A DNA stretch of 62,110 bases, filler included, from Basidioascus undulatus (Eukaryota): assembly GCA_000826855.1 (NCBI GenBank). It is 8 parts of 8 records of this genome, joined end to end, with 100 filler letters (N's around TTAATTAATTAA, not from the genome) between each part and the next. Parts side by side here need not be neighbours in the genome. Positions count along the whole stretch, not along the records: positions 1 to 25,515 come from JTLS01000213.1; 7 more parts are not named here. One strand, given 5' to 3'. The translations under genes and the position numbers were made by a program. The notes beneath the pieces were generated by a model that saw nothing but the letters and a program-made list of their open reading frames with translations, was not told where the DNA came from and ran no database searches. This document shows, piece after piece, positions 1 through 11,700 of the stretch (its first letter is position 1; each line of letters starts with the position of its first letter).

Positions 1-651
1 CCCCCCCTCGGTGTCGTACCACGACAGCTCGATCTCTTGCAGCGAGCGCAGGCCCTGCGGAAGGTTGCCCTTCGAGACGGCGTCCACGAAGAAGAGATCC
101 GAGGGCAGGGCCGGGGTAATGCTGAGCACATGGAGATGCGGAAGAAGGTCGAGAAGAAGGACAGTTTGCGCCGTCTCGCTGCTGTGCTTGAGGGCGCGCT
201 GGATCCGGTTCGAGAAACCACGGGCTGAGGCAGCAGAGGCGAAGAGGGCGTGTCGGCGGAGAGCGAGTGGCCGACCTCGCCTTCTGCCCCTTCCGTCTCG
301 TCCTCCTCCACCTTGTCCTCATTGTCCTCCTCATCGTCACTCTCTCCCTGTTCGGCAGCCCACCGACCATACACGTGATCGTGCCATTCGACCGTGAGTT
401 CACGAACGTGCGCGCCGAGCGCGGGACGGGCGAGGAGCAAGCGCAGCAAGAGCCCGAAGCGAAGTCTGATAGTTTTGCTCCCAGTAGCCCGCGATCTCAA
501 TCGAGCGGTAGAGCGAAGGTTGGGTGAGAAGGTAAAAGCGATGATTGACGAGCGAGAGGCGAGCGAAGTCGACCTGCGCCGAGGGCGGCTCTCGTGCGGT
601 GAGCGAGATGATTTCGAGAAGGGTCTCGTCGGGGAGATCGAGAACAGCCAT
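1..651 (-). pseudogene. F-box domain protein, 5' part (runs off contig start), with two compensating frameshifts (pseudogene or sequencing errors)
   Basis: N-terminus MAVLDLPDETLLEIISL...LSLVNHRFYLLTQPSLYRSI is an F-box pattern. Protein-like sequence continues in a shifted frame (LLARPALGAHVRELTVEW...acidic tract) and returns to the original frame (ALFASAA...LLLDLLPHLHVLSI...LRSLQEIELSWYDTEGG). Shifts near 453-455 and 251-254. Confidence 0.7.
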
Positions 652-1989
652 CGTCGAAAACTGCGAGATGCACTGGAACTGGAGGGGAGGGTGAGGGTCG
701 ATGTTGAGCTGGCAGAGCGAGTAAGATGAGGAAGAGGTACAGGCCCTTCTCGCGAATGTGTCAGCTGTCGGCCTGAATCGCCGGAAAGTGCGGCTATGCC
801 CGCTGGCTCCTATTAACTCGTACTGCTCGGATTACGCGTGGTGCATCGCCCACTCATTGTAACCATATGTCTCTGTGCGGTATTTCAAAAGAAAGGAAGT
901 GAGGGCGAAAAGGCAATGCATCGTCGGCGCTGAGGGGAGCGAAAAGGCGCACACCGACTCGGAGGTTCGCCATACCTCTATGAGCACCCGTCTTTCACAT
1001 CTTCGCAGAAGAAGAAATTCAAACTTTGTGTGTTCTTTCTCGTCTTGGGCCAGGCTGGGGTACCCTTTCCTTAACTGTTTGGGCACGCTCGAGGTCGAAG
1101 TCGTCGATACCCTGCTTACTCGCGGCAGCACTCGAGACTGCAACATGTCCTCCAAGTCAGCAATACTTTGACATTTCCTTAGGCGGTAAATTCCATTCTG
1201 AGTCTTGATAATTTGGGCCTTGGGTCCTCTGTGAAAACACGTGCACAGATTAGGCGAGACTGCACAGGATTTCCACCTTACAGCCAACGCCGCTCTCACA
1301 CCACCAGACCCCATCTCTCAGCATGAGCTATAAACCAGTATTCACCTAGACCCCGGTATACTGACCTCTTTTCTGGGTATTGCGCGGAGGCTATTGCTGA
1401 CCGCGAAAAAGCTAGAAAAACTCCCCTTTCGAGATGAGTTCACTCAGTGTTTGGTCTTCCTTTGACACCGAGGAGTAACAACACCTTCTGAACCTGGACT
1501 GGTGGAATTATCGGACTCAATAACCAGCAGCAACCTTCAACGGGTCTCTTCAGCTTGTTTGGCACCGCTATTAAACGAATTGAACTTGCAGGGATGACGT
1601 CCAGCTCTCCTTGCATCCGCCGCCGTAACGCCGTTACACCCGGCTCGCTCCCCCTCACCCCCGTATTCCATCGCTGTTACCCTTTCGTTGCCACCTTTCG
1701 AAGCAGCTTTGAAACTAATCAATACTATCACACTCGGTCCTCCAATAATCAACCTCGCTACTCTCGGGCCGAGGGTTGGCCACTCGAATCGACCCCATCC
1801 GAGCCGAGAGCGCTCGGCTCGCTCCGCTTAATAGAGCTCGCTTGCCATTCCCTGGGCCTTTTCTAATAGCCAAGGTGAGCTTAAAGGATTATCAGTCTGG
1901 AGGTGTGGTGGGCGCTTGGTGGCACTCGATATCCCAAGTGTCAGCTTCCATTTCAAGCCCGGTCGACTGACGCTGCTGCCCTTGACTAG

Positions 1990-4900
1990 ATGCTGCTCCC
2001 CTCCTTACCAACCCTCCTTCCGCTCCTCCTCCTCCCCTCCTTCTCCCTCTCATCCGCGCTGGCACCCACACAAGCGCCGCTCGTGTTCCCGCACCTCCCA
2101 GGCGGCTCCAAGTCGGCGGTACCGACATCGACCTTCGTCCCAATCGACCCGACCTCGCCTTCCTCGCAGACGCTCATCGACGTCCTCTCCTCCGACCCGG
2201 ACTATGCGCTCCTCCTGCGCATGGTCCAGCGTGCGCGTATGGTGCCGGCGTTGAATCGTCTACGGGAAGCGACTGTCTGGGCGCCCACGGACGAGGCGAT
2301 CCGGCGCCGGGTGCGCGAGCACGAGGAGGAGGGGGCAGGCGCGGGTACCAGCGCCTGGGCGCGAGCTGTGCGATGGGTGGAGAGCGAGGAGGTGGACTTG
2401 GAAGGAGGCGGAAGGGACAACGTCCAACAGGCGACGCGGCAGCTGCTGTTCTACCACATGCTCAACTACACCCTCCCCGCCGCGCACGGCCTCGCCCCCT
2501 CTTCCTCCTCTCCAAATGTCCCGACCCTGCCGCAATCCACCCTGCATACGACGCTGCTCTTCCCCGACTCGGGACACCTCCCTCCGAACCCGCACAAGCC
2601 GCCGCACTCGCCATGGCTTCCCGAGTGCGGCGACGGCATCCTGCTTTCGGGAGAGGGACAGCGCATCCGCGTCGCGCGCGAGCCGGGAGACGACGGCGCT
2701 TTGCGCGTTGGCATCAACGAGCGTGGAGAGGGCGGCGCGAAGGTCGTCAAGAAGGAGAGGAGGGCAAGGAACGGCGTCGTGCTCGGGATTGATCAGGTGC
2801 TGGAACCTCCGGCAGACTTGGGTACGCATGGCCGCTCATACTTCGCAACTTATCTGACTTTTTCTCGCTTGCAGCCACCCAGATTCGCACGCACCCCTCG
2901 CTCTCCACTCTCGCCTCCCTTCTCCCACCACCGGTCCTGGACAACCTCACGGACGTCTCCCCGCACCTGACTCTCTTCCTCCCGACGAACGAGGCTTTCG
3001 ACTCGCTCGACCCGCTCATCCTCTCGTACCTCCGCAACGTGCACGCTGCACCGGACCTCATCAGCCTCCTCGGCGGGCACGCGAGCGGGCAGAACCGGAT
3101 CGGGTGGAGCGACCGCTGGCGGGACGGCGACGAGTGTGCGTAGTCTTTCATTGCACCCTTGCGCAGTTTTCTAGAGCTGATGAGTCTGTTGGCGGTATGA
3201 CGTGAAGTCCCAACCCTGTACAACACGACCCTGAAGCTCACGTCCTCCGACACGCTCACCCTCGAGAACGACAAGCACGACGTCTCCGCGCGCCTCGCCT
3301 CGCGCGACATCCTCGCCTCGAACGGCGTGCTGCACACCGTCTCCTCGCTCCTCACGCCGCCGCGGCTCCTAGCGCTGAACGTGGAGAAGCACCTGATCGG
3401 GCTGAACGCGACGCGCTTCGTGGACATGTTCCGTTCGGTGAACCTCACGCGGTCGTACCTCTCCGACTCGGACGCCGAGGCGGGCGAGCGGGACGGATAC
3501 ACGATCCTCGCGCCCCGGGACGACGTTGTCGAGGTCCGCGCGCGCAGGCGCGAGCACGGGCTCGCGCGCTTGCCGGAGCCCGGGACGGAGGGCCTGAAGG
3601 ACTTGCTGAAGTACCATGTTGTGAAGGGACGGGTGAAGAAGAATGGGGTCCACGAGGATGGAGAGCTCGTGGAGACGGAGCTGAGGACGCCGCTGCTGAA
3701 GGGCCAGGGCCAGAGGCTGCAGGTGTCCCGTGCTAAGGGCCGGGGCGGTAAGGAGAAGGAGAACAAGCATGATGGATGGAGTTTTGGGGATGCGACGGTT
3801 GTTGGCGAACCTGGTGCGTTTTAGCTTCACTCCTCCGCTCAGTTAAAATTGCTGCTGACAACTGCTTGGGCTCCAGTCCACGTCGGCAACTCAACAATCT
3901 ACATCATATCTTCGGGTTCGTCCCCAGTTGTGTCTTTTTGTTCTTCCCCGCTTATTAACCACTTTCAATTTCAAAAGTCCTCGATCCTCCGCGCGACTTC
4001 CTCTCGGTGGCGGTCTCAGACCTTCGCCTGTCGATCTACGTGGCCTCCCTCTACGCGGCCGACCTCGCCAAGCCGCTCTCCCACACGCCCGGCACGACCG
4101 TCCTCGTCCCGCGCAACAAGGCCTTCAACGCGCTCGGGCTCGCGATGCAGTACCTCCTCCTCCCGGATGCCACGGACGAGCTCGCCAGCGTCGTGCGCTA
4201 CCACGCGCTCGACTCGATCGTCTACCTCTCCGACTTCGCCAACGCCTCCTACCCGACGCTCGACCCTGAGCACGGCTCGCTCGACGTCGAGCGCAAGACG
4301 AACAGCACTTCTCTTGTCGTGCGCTCCCCTCGCACACCGGAGGGCTACGCGGTCAACGGCGAGGACCGGCCCGCGCGAGTCCTCTCGGGCGACGTCCTCA
4401 CCGCCTCGGGCACGATCCACGTCATCGACCAGGTCGAGCTGCCCCCGGGCCTGGACATCACCATCGGCAAGCTCGTCCGCGGCGCGCACGCAGAGACGAT
4501 GGCCGACCTCGTCGAGCGCGCGGGCATGGGCTGGCTGCTTGACGGCCTGCCGCCGCCGACCGACGCCGACGCTCGCCGGACGGGACTCGAGTCCAGAAGT
4601 GACGCCGGTGCACCCCCGCGCAGCTACACGCTCCTCTGCCCGACCGACATCGCCTTCACAAACATCAACCTGACGCACTACCTCACCTCGCCCGCGGCGC
4701 TCGACGCTCTCATCCGACTGCACATCCTCCCATCCCCGTCCATCCCGTCGCCGCCGAGCAGCAGGAAGCGCGGAACGAAGGGCGCAGCGGATGGCCATCC
4801 GCTCGCGCTCGCGGACGCGGCCACGTACTCGACCCTGCTCTCGAAGCGCGAGGGCGGCCCGAGCTCGTACGGCGACCTCTCCTTCCGGGCAACGGGCGAC

Positions 4901-5332
4901 GGGAGCTGGCTCGTCGGCATCAAGGGCGCGCGCGGTACGGACAGGCGCGACGACTGGGCGCGCGTCATTGCTTTCGGGCGCGCTACGCCGCGCTGGCGGC
5001 TAGAGGCCAACGCAACGCTCGCCGCGGCTGGTAACGGCGACGAGGGCTTCGACAGCGACGGAAGCGGGCGCAAGGGGCGGCGGGGCAACGACAAGAACAA
5101 GCCGCCCGGAGCCGAGGCGGCGATGGTGCTCGGCGGCGGCGTGATCACGATCGACTCCGTCCTCGTCCCGTACGAGCCGTCCTGGCTCTTCCGCTGGGGA
5201 TGGGCCGTCTTTGTCGCACTCGGCGTCACCGTCGCTCTCGTTGGCATCGGGTACGGCGGCTGGCAGTTCTGGGCGCGTCGGAAAGCAAAGCGGGAAGGGT
5301 ACGAGCGTGTAGAGGCAGGCGAGGAGGACTAA
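1990..5332 (+). CDS. Multi-FAS1 (fasciclin) domain cell-surface protein with signal peptide and C-terminal transmembrane helix, multi-exon
   Basis: Hydrophobic N-terminus. Repeated FAS1 H1/H2 motifs (TVWAPTDEA, TLFLPTNEAF, YTILAPRDD, TVLVPRNKAF, YTLLCPTDIAF; NGVVLGIDQVL, NGVLHTVSSLL, SGTIHVIDQV, GGVITIDSVL). TM segment WAVFVALGVTVALVGIGYGGW followed by a basic tail. GT-AG introns join the frames. Confidence 0.9.
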
Positions 5333-5702
5333 GTTTCTAGTCTCGTTACGTATTTCCTTACATCTCTTCTGTGTCTCCACATTGTTTTGTTGTATTTTCA
5401 CGCCTTTACATTGCCCTCATGACGATATACATTGCTAGCTCAAAACGATAGGCTCGCGCGGCGTCGCAAATCCTTCAGGACGCGTGGTTGCTCCATCATG
5501 TGCAACCAAAATCAGACCAGCAACATTGCACGCCAACTGTGATCGGTTCTCAATGTCCAGTGAATGCAAGTGGTATCATGCGATGCGAGTACGGAAAGAT
5601 GCGGAAGCTGCCGAAGAGTACGGTAGGCGGAAGGAGATCAGAGGACAAGCAGATAGAAATGCGCTGTCTCTTGGAAACTAGGAAAAAGGAAGCAAAGGCC
5701 GT

Positions 5703-8700
5703 CTAGTCGCTGTCCTCGTCGTCCTGCTCATGCATCATTTGACCCCAGAGACTGGACGACATCGAGTCGAGCATCTGACTGGCAGACGTCATGTCTGCGG
5801 AGACGCGCGCAGGGCTCGGACTGGCAGATTGGTGGTGGACGGTCAGAGCTCTGGGGAGGGATGTCAAGGGAAGGTCGACGCACCTTGCGTCGAGCGAAAG
5901 GGCGGAGTCCTGCGAAAGGCGAGAATCGCTGGAGATGCGCCGACCCATGCGCGACTCGTCCACGCTGGCGTCCCACGCGGACTGGCCGACGTCGAAGCTG
6001 GCGTCCGGCGAGTAGAGCGATCCGTGACGTGTCGACGAATCTGCCGCGAACGGGTTGATAGGCGAGAAGACGGGCGAACCAGGCGCAGACGAGGCCGTAG
6101 CGTCGAAGGCGTCAGGAGGCGGCGAGTTAGGCGAAGGCTCGACAAAGATGGCGGGCACTGCGTAGGGAGCGCCGCGATGGTTAGTGCTGCGAGGAGCTCG
6201 CAGTGCAGTCGGCTTACCCTGAGCGTCAGCTGCACGCTGACGCTGGCGCTTCTCCTCGCGAATGTACTTGTAGCGCCTGCGGAAGTAGAGCATGCTAAGG
6301 AGCCCTTGTACGCGGTCTAGATTGACTCGGTCTTGCACGCGCTCCGTCTTCGCCCTGCGCTCGAGGAGCTCGTCAAGCCTGCGATGCAAGCGTCAGCCGC
6401 ACATCCGAAGGTTTGGAGCAGTGTCAGTACGCACAGCAAGGCCTGGTCGTCGTCAATGAGCTTGTAGTGCGCGAGTAGGCGAAGCATCTCGTGGAAGGAG
6501 ATCCCGCGCGATCCTTCGGAGATGAGCGCCTCGTGGAAGAGTCGCTCGTAGAGCTTGCGGCGGCGGCGGACAGCCTCGTAGTCGATCTTCGACAGCGCGG
6601 CGTTCAGTCTGCTCAAGTCGACGCCGTCCACGACGTTAGACGAGTACGGCGAGACGCCTTCGCGGGCGGTGCGCAAGAGGCTCGGCACGCGGTGCTCCGT
6701 AGGGTAGATCTTGACATCGAAAACGCCGGACAGTTTCTGAGTCGCGGTGTGCGCGATCAGCTTCAAACGCTAGATTATGCAGAAAAGTCTATACTCACCG
6801 CAAAGAAGGCGACAAAGTCTTGGCGCTGTAAGTAGCCGGTACGTTCGCGGTCAAACTCCGCCCACGCCTTCTTGAAGACGCGCATCTCGTCGCGCGATAT
6901 GAGAGAGCGGCCGCCTTGCGCATAAACGTAGGCGAACGATTGCACAATTACCTGCACAACGGGGATGAGAACCAGATGAAACCGCACGGCGGCAGTGGAC
7001 TCACGGCAGTAAACATGTCTGATACGCGAGGGGTTCAGCATGCGTTTTGTGAAGCAGACAAGTTTTACAACACATACTCAAGAAGATGTACTGCCGCGCA
7101 CGAGCATTGTCAGTCGATAAGCCCGGATGGTTACGACACGTTTCGGAGCGCACCATGCTGATAATGTTCCAGCCGATGAAGAGGAGGTTCGCGGCGGTTT
7201 CAGAGCCACAGTCGGTCTCGAGGTACTTTTCGGACGGGGTGCACCGAGGATAGGAGACATAGCTACCCGCCAAACATTAGCCTGTGGCCGACCGTGATAG
7301 TTCAGGAATACGCACTAATCGTCCTTGAAGCTTCGAGTCAAGCGAGGCGGTCAGCTTCAGGTTCACCAAGGAATCAGCACGGACGCACAAGTTCCAGCCC
7401 TCTGATGTATCGAAACATCGGGTCAGGCAGAAGCACAACGCGACTCCTCCCATGAGCGAACATGGTGCTTACCGCCGGTGCTCATGAACGCCTGCATCAA
7501 CAGGGCGTACTCGAACTTCTGATAGTTTTGAAGATGCGTCCCGTTGTTGCCCCATTTCGTCAACGAGAAGTTCTCCGTCATGAGGATCGCCTGCAGAGGC
7601 GCGCTTAGCGACGCAGCAACCCTTTGCTTGGCACGATGCTCACCCAGACGATGAAGAGAGTCGCCCAAAGCTGTCGGTGGATCAGCATTCTGTGCGTGCG
7701 AATTTTGGCAAGATGGACGCCGCACCATAAACAAGCTCCCAATGGGCTTGAACGACGCGCTGGAAAAGACAACATAAGTCCACGCACGCCCTGCCTTAAC
7801 AAAGGACGCGGACGTACGTGGCGATCTTGAGAAGTTGGTTGAGAGAGTCGTTGCGCTGCGCGAGCTTGAATACGATGCTGACGAGAAAGAGCTTCTGTAG
7901 CTGGACGTTCACTTGGGATGTCGAGCCTTGCGTAATGGCAAGCGTTGTGGCGAGACTACCCGTCACGCTGAAGAGGTCGAAGAACGACCACCCGTGAAAG
8001 AAGTTCCGCCAACCGAGCCCGACAAGGCGAACGAGGATGTCGATCAGATAGAGGATGATGAGAGTGAGGAACACGTAATCTGCGGATAAGAATGTTGAAT
8101 GACAGCCGAACTGGATGTCGACTAGACAAAGCTTACCTCTCCGCCGACTGAAAGTGTCAGACTCGTCGTAGGTCTGCGACATGAGTAGGCCGATATGGAC
8201 GACATAGAGAACTGTAAGCGTTCTCGACCACCAGCCATGCTTGTGGACAGCACGGTCGTAGCACCAGCCACGGACGCCATGCGGACGGGTCTTCGGACCT
8301 GCAAATGGGACAACGTCAGACGCTTCGGCAAAGGAATTACCGTTGCGCAGAAGAGTTACGTTTTGCGGGCTCCTGTCTTGTGATGATCTTCTGCAAGTCT
8401 TGCCACTGCCGCTGAGGTGCGGTCAGGAGGGCGTCGCCTGTGCGGTTGCCGAAGTTGGCAATGATGATCGAGACGAAGCTGTGAAAGATGGCATAAACGC
8501 TAACGGCTCGCAGCAGGCTATGGGAAGAAACGCACAGCGAGAAGATGATAAGGCTCTGTCGAAGGGAGTCGTGAGCACGGGGCATAGGACGAAAGGCTTT
8601 GCGGTACGTACCCCGAGCAAGTTGTACGCGACAAAGAACAGTCCATTCCATTGCGACGCGTCGTGTTCCGGCTGTAGATCGCGGCCGGTAACCTGCAGAG

Positions 8701-11700
8701 TTGACTGCATGACGTCGACCCAGCCTACAAGATTGCATCGGACTCAGCTTATGCCCCGGCCGGCCTGTGCCTGCGGAACGAACCTTCAAGCGAGACGATC
8801 TCGAACAGGATCAAAAGCGAAGACTTGAAGTTGTCGAAGGACCATATGCCGTCGGTAGACGGGTTGTCCCATACGCGCGGGGCCAGGTAAGCCCAGTCGT
8901 CGTTGACGGGCGCAGTCGTGAACTCGTCGACGCATGTCCCCTTGCCGGACACCGAGTCGTCGTTGCAGGAGAAGAGAAGACCGCGGAAGATCGTCTGGCC
9001 CCAAATGGCGTACGGGATCATGTACAGCTGAATGGGGGATGGTCAGCGTTTTTCTGGAAGGTCACCCGAATCATCAGGACGTACGATAGCGAGAACGGAG
9101 GCTTCAAGAATACGACTGAAGCCTGCTATAGCTACAATGTAGAACGTCTCGCGCATTGCGGCAGAGAGCGTGATGAAGCGCAAAGCACGAAACGCCTTGA
9201 GGGAACGAGTAAAGGCACTGCGAACGCCAAATCAGCGCATTTAATGGAAACTCCGCTGTACAGGTGGGACTTTACCTCCCGCCTCCCACGGTCAGGAGTT
9301 CGGAGACGACATTCGTGATGAGGGTGATGAGCACGAAGACTTGATATAGCTCATCAGCGTAGTAGAAGTTCGGATACAACGATAATGCGCACAGTCTATG
9401 GAGCACCAGACGCTAAGGAGGTAGGCGCTGGGAGACTGGGGCACATCGAGTCAGTCGTGCCGGCTCGGTTTCGAGAACGCAGAGACTCACGAAAAGAAAG
9501 CCCTGGATGGTGAAGGAGATCAGACATTACTAAAAGCGAAACGAAAGTCGCAGGTACGCACATCGGCGATAATTTTCACTGCAAACTCGATGACGAAGAC
9601 CACGCCAAGCGACGCCTCGACGATGACAAACCACGTGTTCCTCGTGATGGTGTTGTTGAGGTAGTACGTCCGACGGTATACGGGCGTTGCGTACGCGGCG
9701 ACGGCGACACTGGCGCAAATGGAGAGGAAGATGACGAGGCGGAAGATGTTGTGCCGGAGCGGTTCCACAGGGACGCCGTGGATACGTTCGCCATACGCTG
9801 GCGGGACGAGCCGTTGGCAGAAGCGGCGTATGGTGTTGTTGTTCGAAAAGACGAAGAGGGACTTGTCGAACGTCGGATGAGCCGCGATGAAGTCGGCTTG
9901 CTGTGCTCGCCGCTCGTAGCGATCGTCCAGCCGCGCCTCGGAATGACCCATCCCGCTGGTCGCCGCGAGCACCTCTCTGCGGGCATGATTCAGCTCAGAT
10001 TGCAACAACGCTCACCGAAGGGACTCACAGCTGCTTCGTGATATCCGCATGTTCGGTACTTCGCGCGGATGTGCCGGCTACGTCGGCAAGCTGAATGCTC
10101 TCCTTGTTGCGACGACCCGCGAACAGGTGCCGGAGATAGCCAGTGAACGAGAGTGGTATCTCGCTCTCGTCACCAAACTCGGACGACTGAAATGAAGGGA
10201 GGTCAACCAACTGTTCCGTCTGGCAGCAGAAAGACGAGTGTCACCTCGTTCCGACCCTTCTTCGCCCCCGTGGCAAGAACCGACTTCTGCATGGGAAGGA
10301 CGAGGTTCGAGCTGACGTTGCCGACGGCAAGGGCTTTGGGCTTGGCCTTGACGAAGCGGTACGGGTTGAAGCGATCCATCCAGGTTGCACGCGTCGCGGT
10401 GGGTCCCGATCTCTGCACGAACGCGCGGACCTGCTCCTTCCTCTTCACCTCCTCGTCTGGAAGGCAAGTGAGAAAGCGCGTGTGGATTACGTCGGATTGT
10501 TAGAACATACCGACGCTGAAGTTCTCGTTGATCACCTGAGCAGAAGCGGGTCAATGAAAGAAGCGAGAGCGCAGGTTGACTGCTGCCGCGAAACGTACGG
10601 CGATGACCAATTGAACGAGGACGACTGTGTTGACGGCTTAGGAATGTTTGAGGTGAACTAGATCGACATGAAAAGACTCACAGTAGCCGATCGCAATCCA
10701 GGAGCAAACAATGATAGCCGAAATGGCACCCTGTTTGAACTGAGCGCCTCCGGAAATCGCGTTGTTCATAACATCGGTCCAATTCTCGGACGACAGAACC
10801 TGTCCCAAAGACTTTCCTCAGCGCTGAAGCGCCGGCCGAATGAGACAGCTCAAACTCACTTGGTAAATAGCAAGAAACGCGTTGTAAACGTGCTTAAAGT
10901 TTTGCTGAGTGTTGTCGCCGTCGTCGTCGACCTCCGGGACGTCTCCACGGAAAATTTGGACCGTCTTGAGCAAAGCATTAGCTCTGCGGCGTAATGGCGT
11001 AGCAAAGAGTATGAACGCACGAAGAGCGAGACGATCCCGGTGGTCAAGAGTAGGAAGACGGAGATGTTGGCGAGACCGGAGAAATTACCGAACACGCGAA
11101 CCTGGGCATCAGTCGAGTCGGAAGTTAGAGCGGGAAAGTGGCATAGGTATCTACAGATTATGCGTACCAGAAGGAGACGCAGTCTGGGAACCAGGATAAT
11201 CACGCGGTAGAAACGTGCGATTTCGAACGCGCTCAGCCACGCGTAGACACTCGAGCGGTGGATGACGGGGATCTGGATGATGGCAGTCATGATCGCGAGA
11301 AAGAGGTCGACCGAGTTTCTGCGTCGATGCAAGAACCTGTCCGATGCGCGTAAGTCAACTTCCGGAATTCATCATGAGAAACGAGTCCAACACACAGACG
11401 CCAGTCTGGCAGATAGGTAATAAAGCGGATGACGATCTCGCTGAAGAAGATCACGTTGAACACAATCTCCAGTCGGTCTATCCGCAACAACAAGTCAACT
11501 GGAGGCGGAAAGAGGATAAGGGTGAGGAAGAAGACGCAGCGGCTCACCGAGCAGGTCCTTTTCCTGCTGTGGCGTAGACGCTTCTTGCGCGGCGAGGCAC
11601 GCGATGTTGACGATGATGAGCAGCGCCCAGAACCATTCGGACTTCGCATAGATCCGTTGTATCTTGGAGCAGCGGAGGCGCGCGGCGTCTCCCGTCCAGC

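Noticed and set aside
832..1870. ORFs of 70-160 aa between the F-box and fasciclin genes
   Set aside because: No recognisable domain and no convincing exon chain; may be a decayed element but unsupported.
2202..5247. Long antisense ORFs over the fasciclin gene (and likewise over the lyase and SUI2 genes)
   Set aside because: Shadow ORFs caused by high GC at third codon positions of the real genes.
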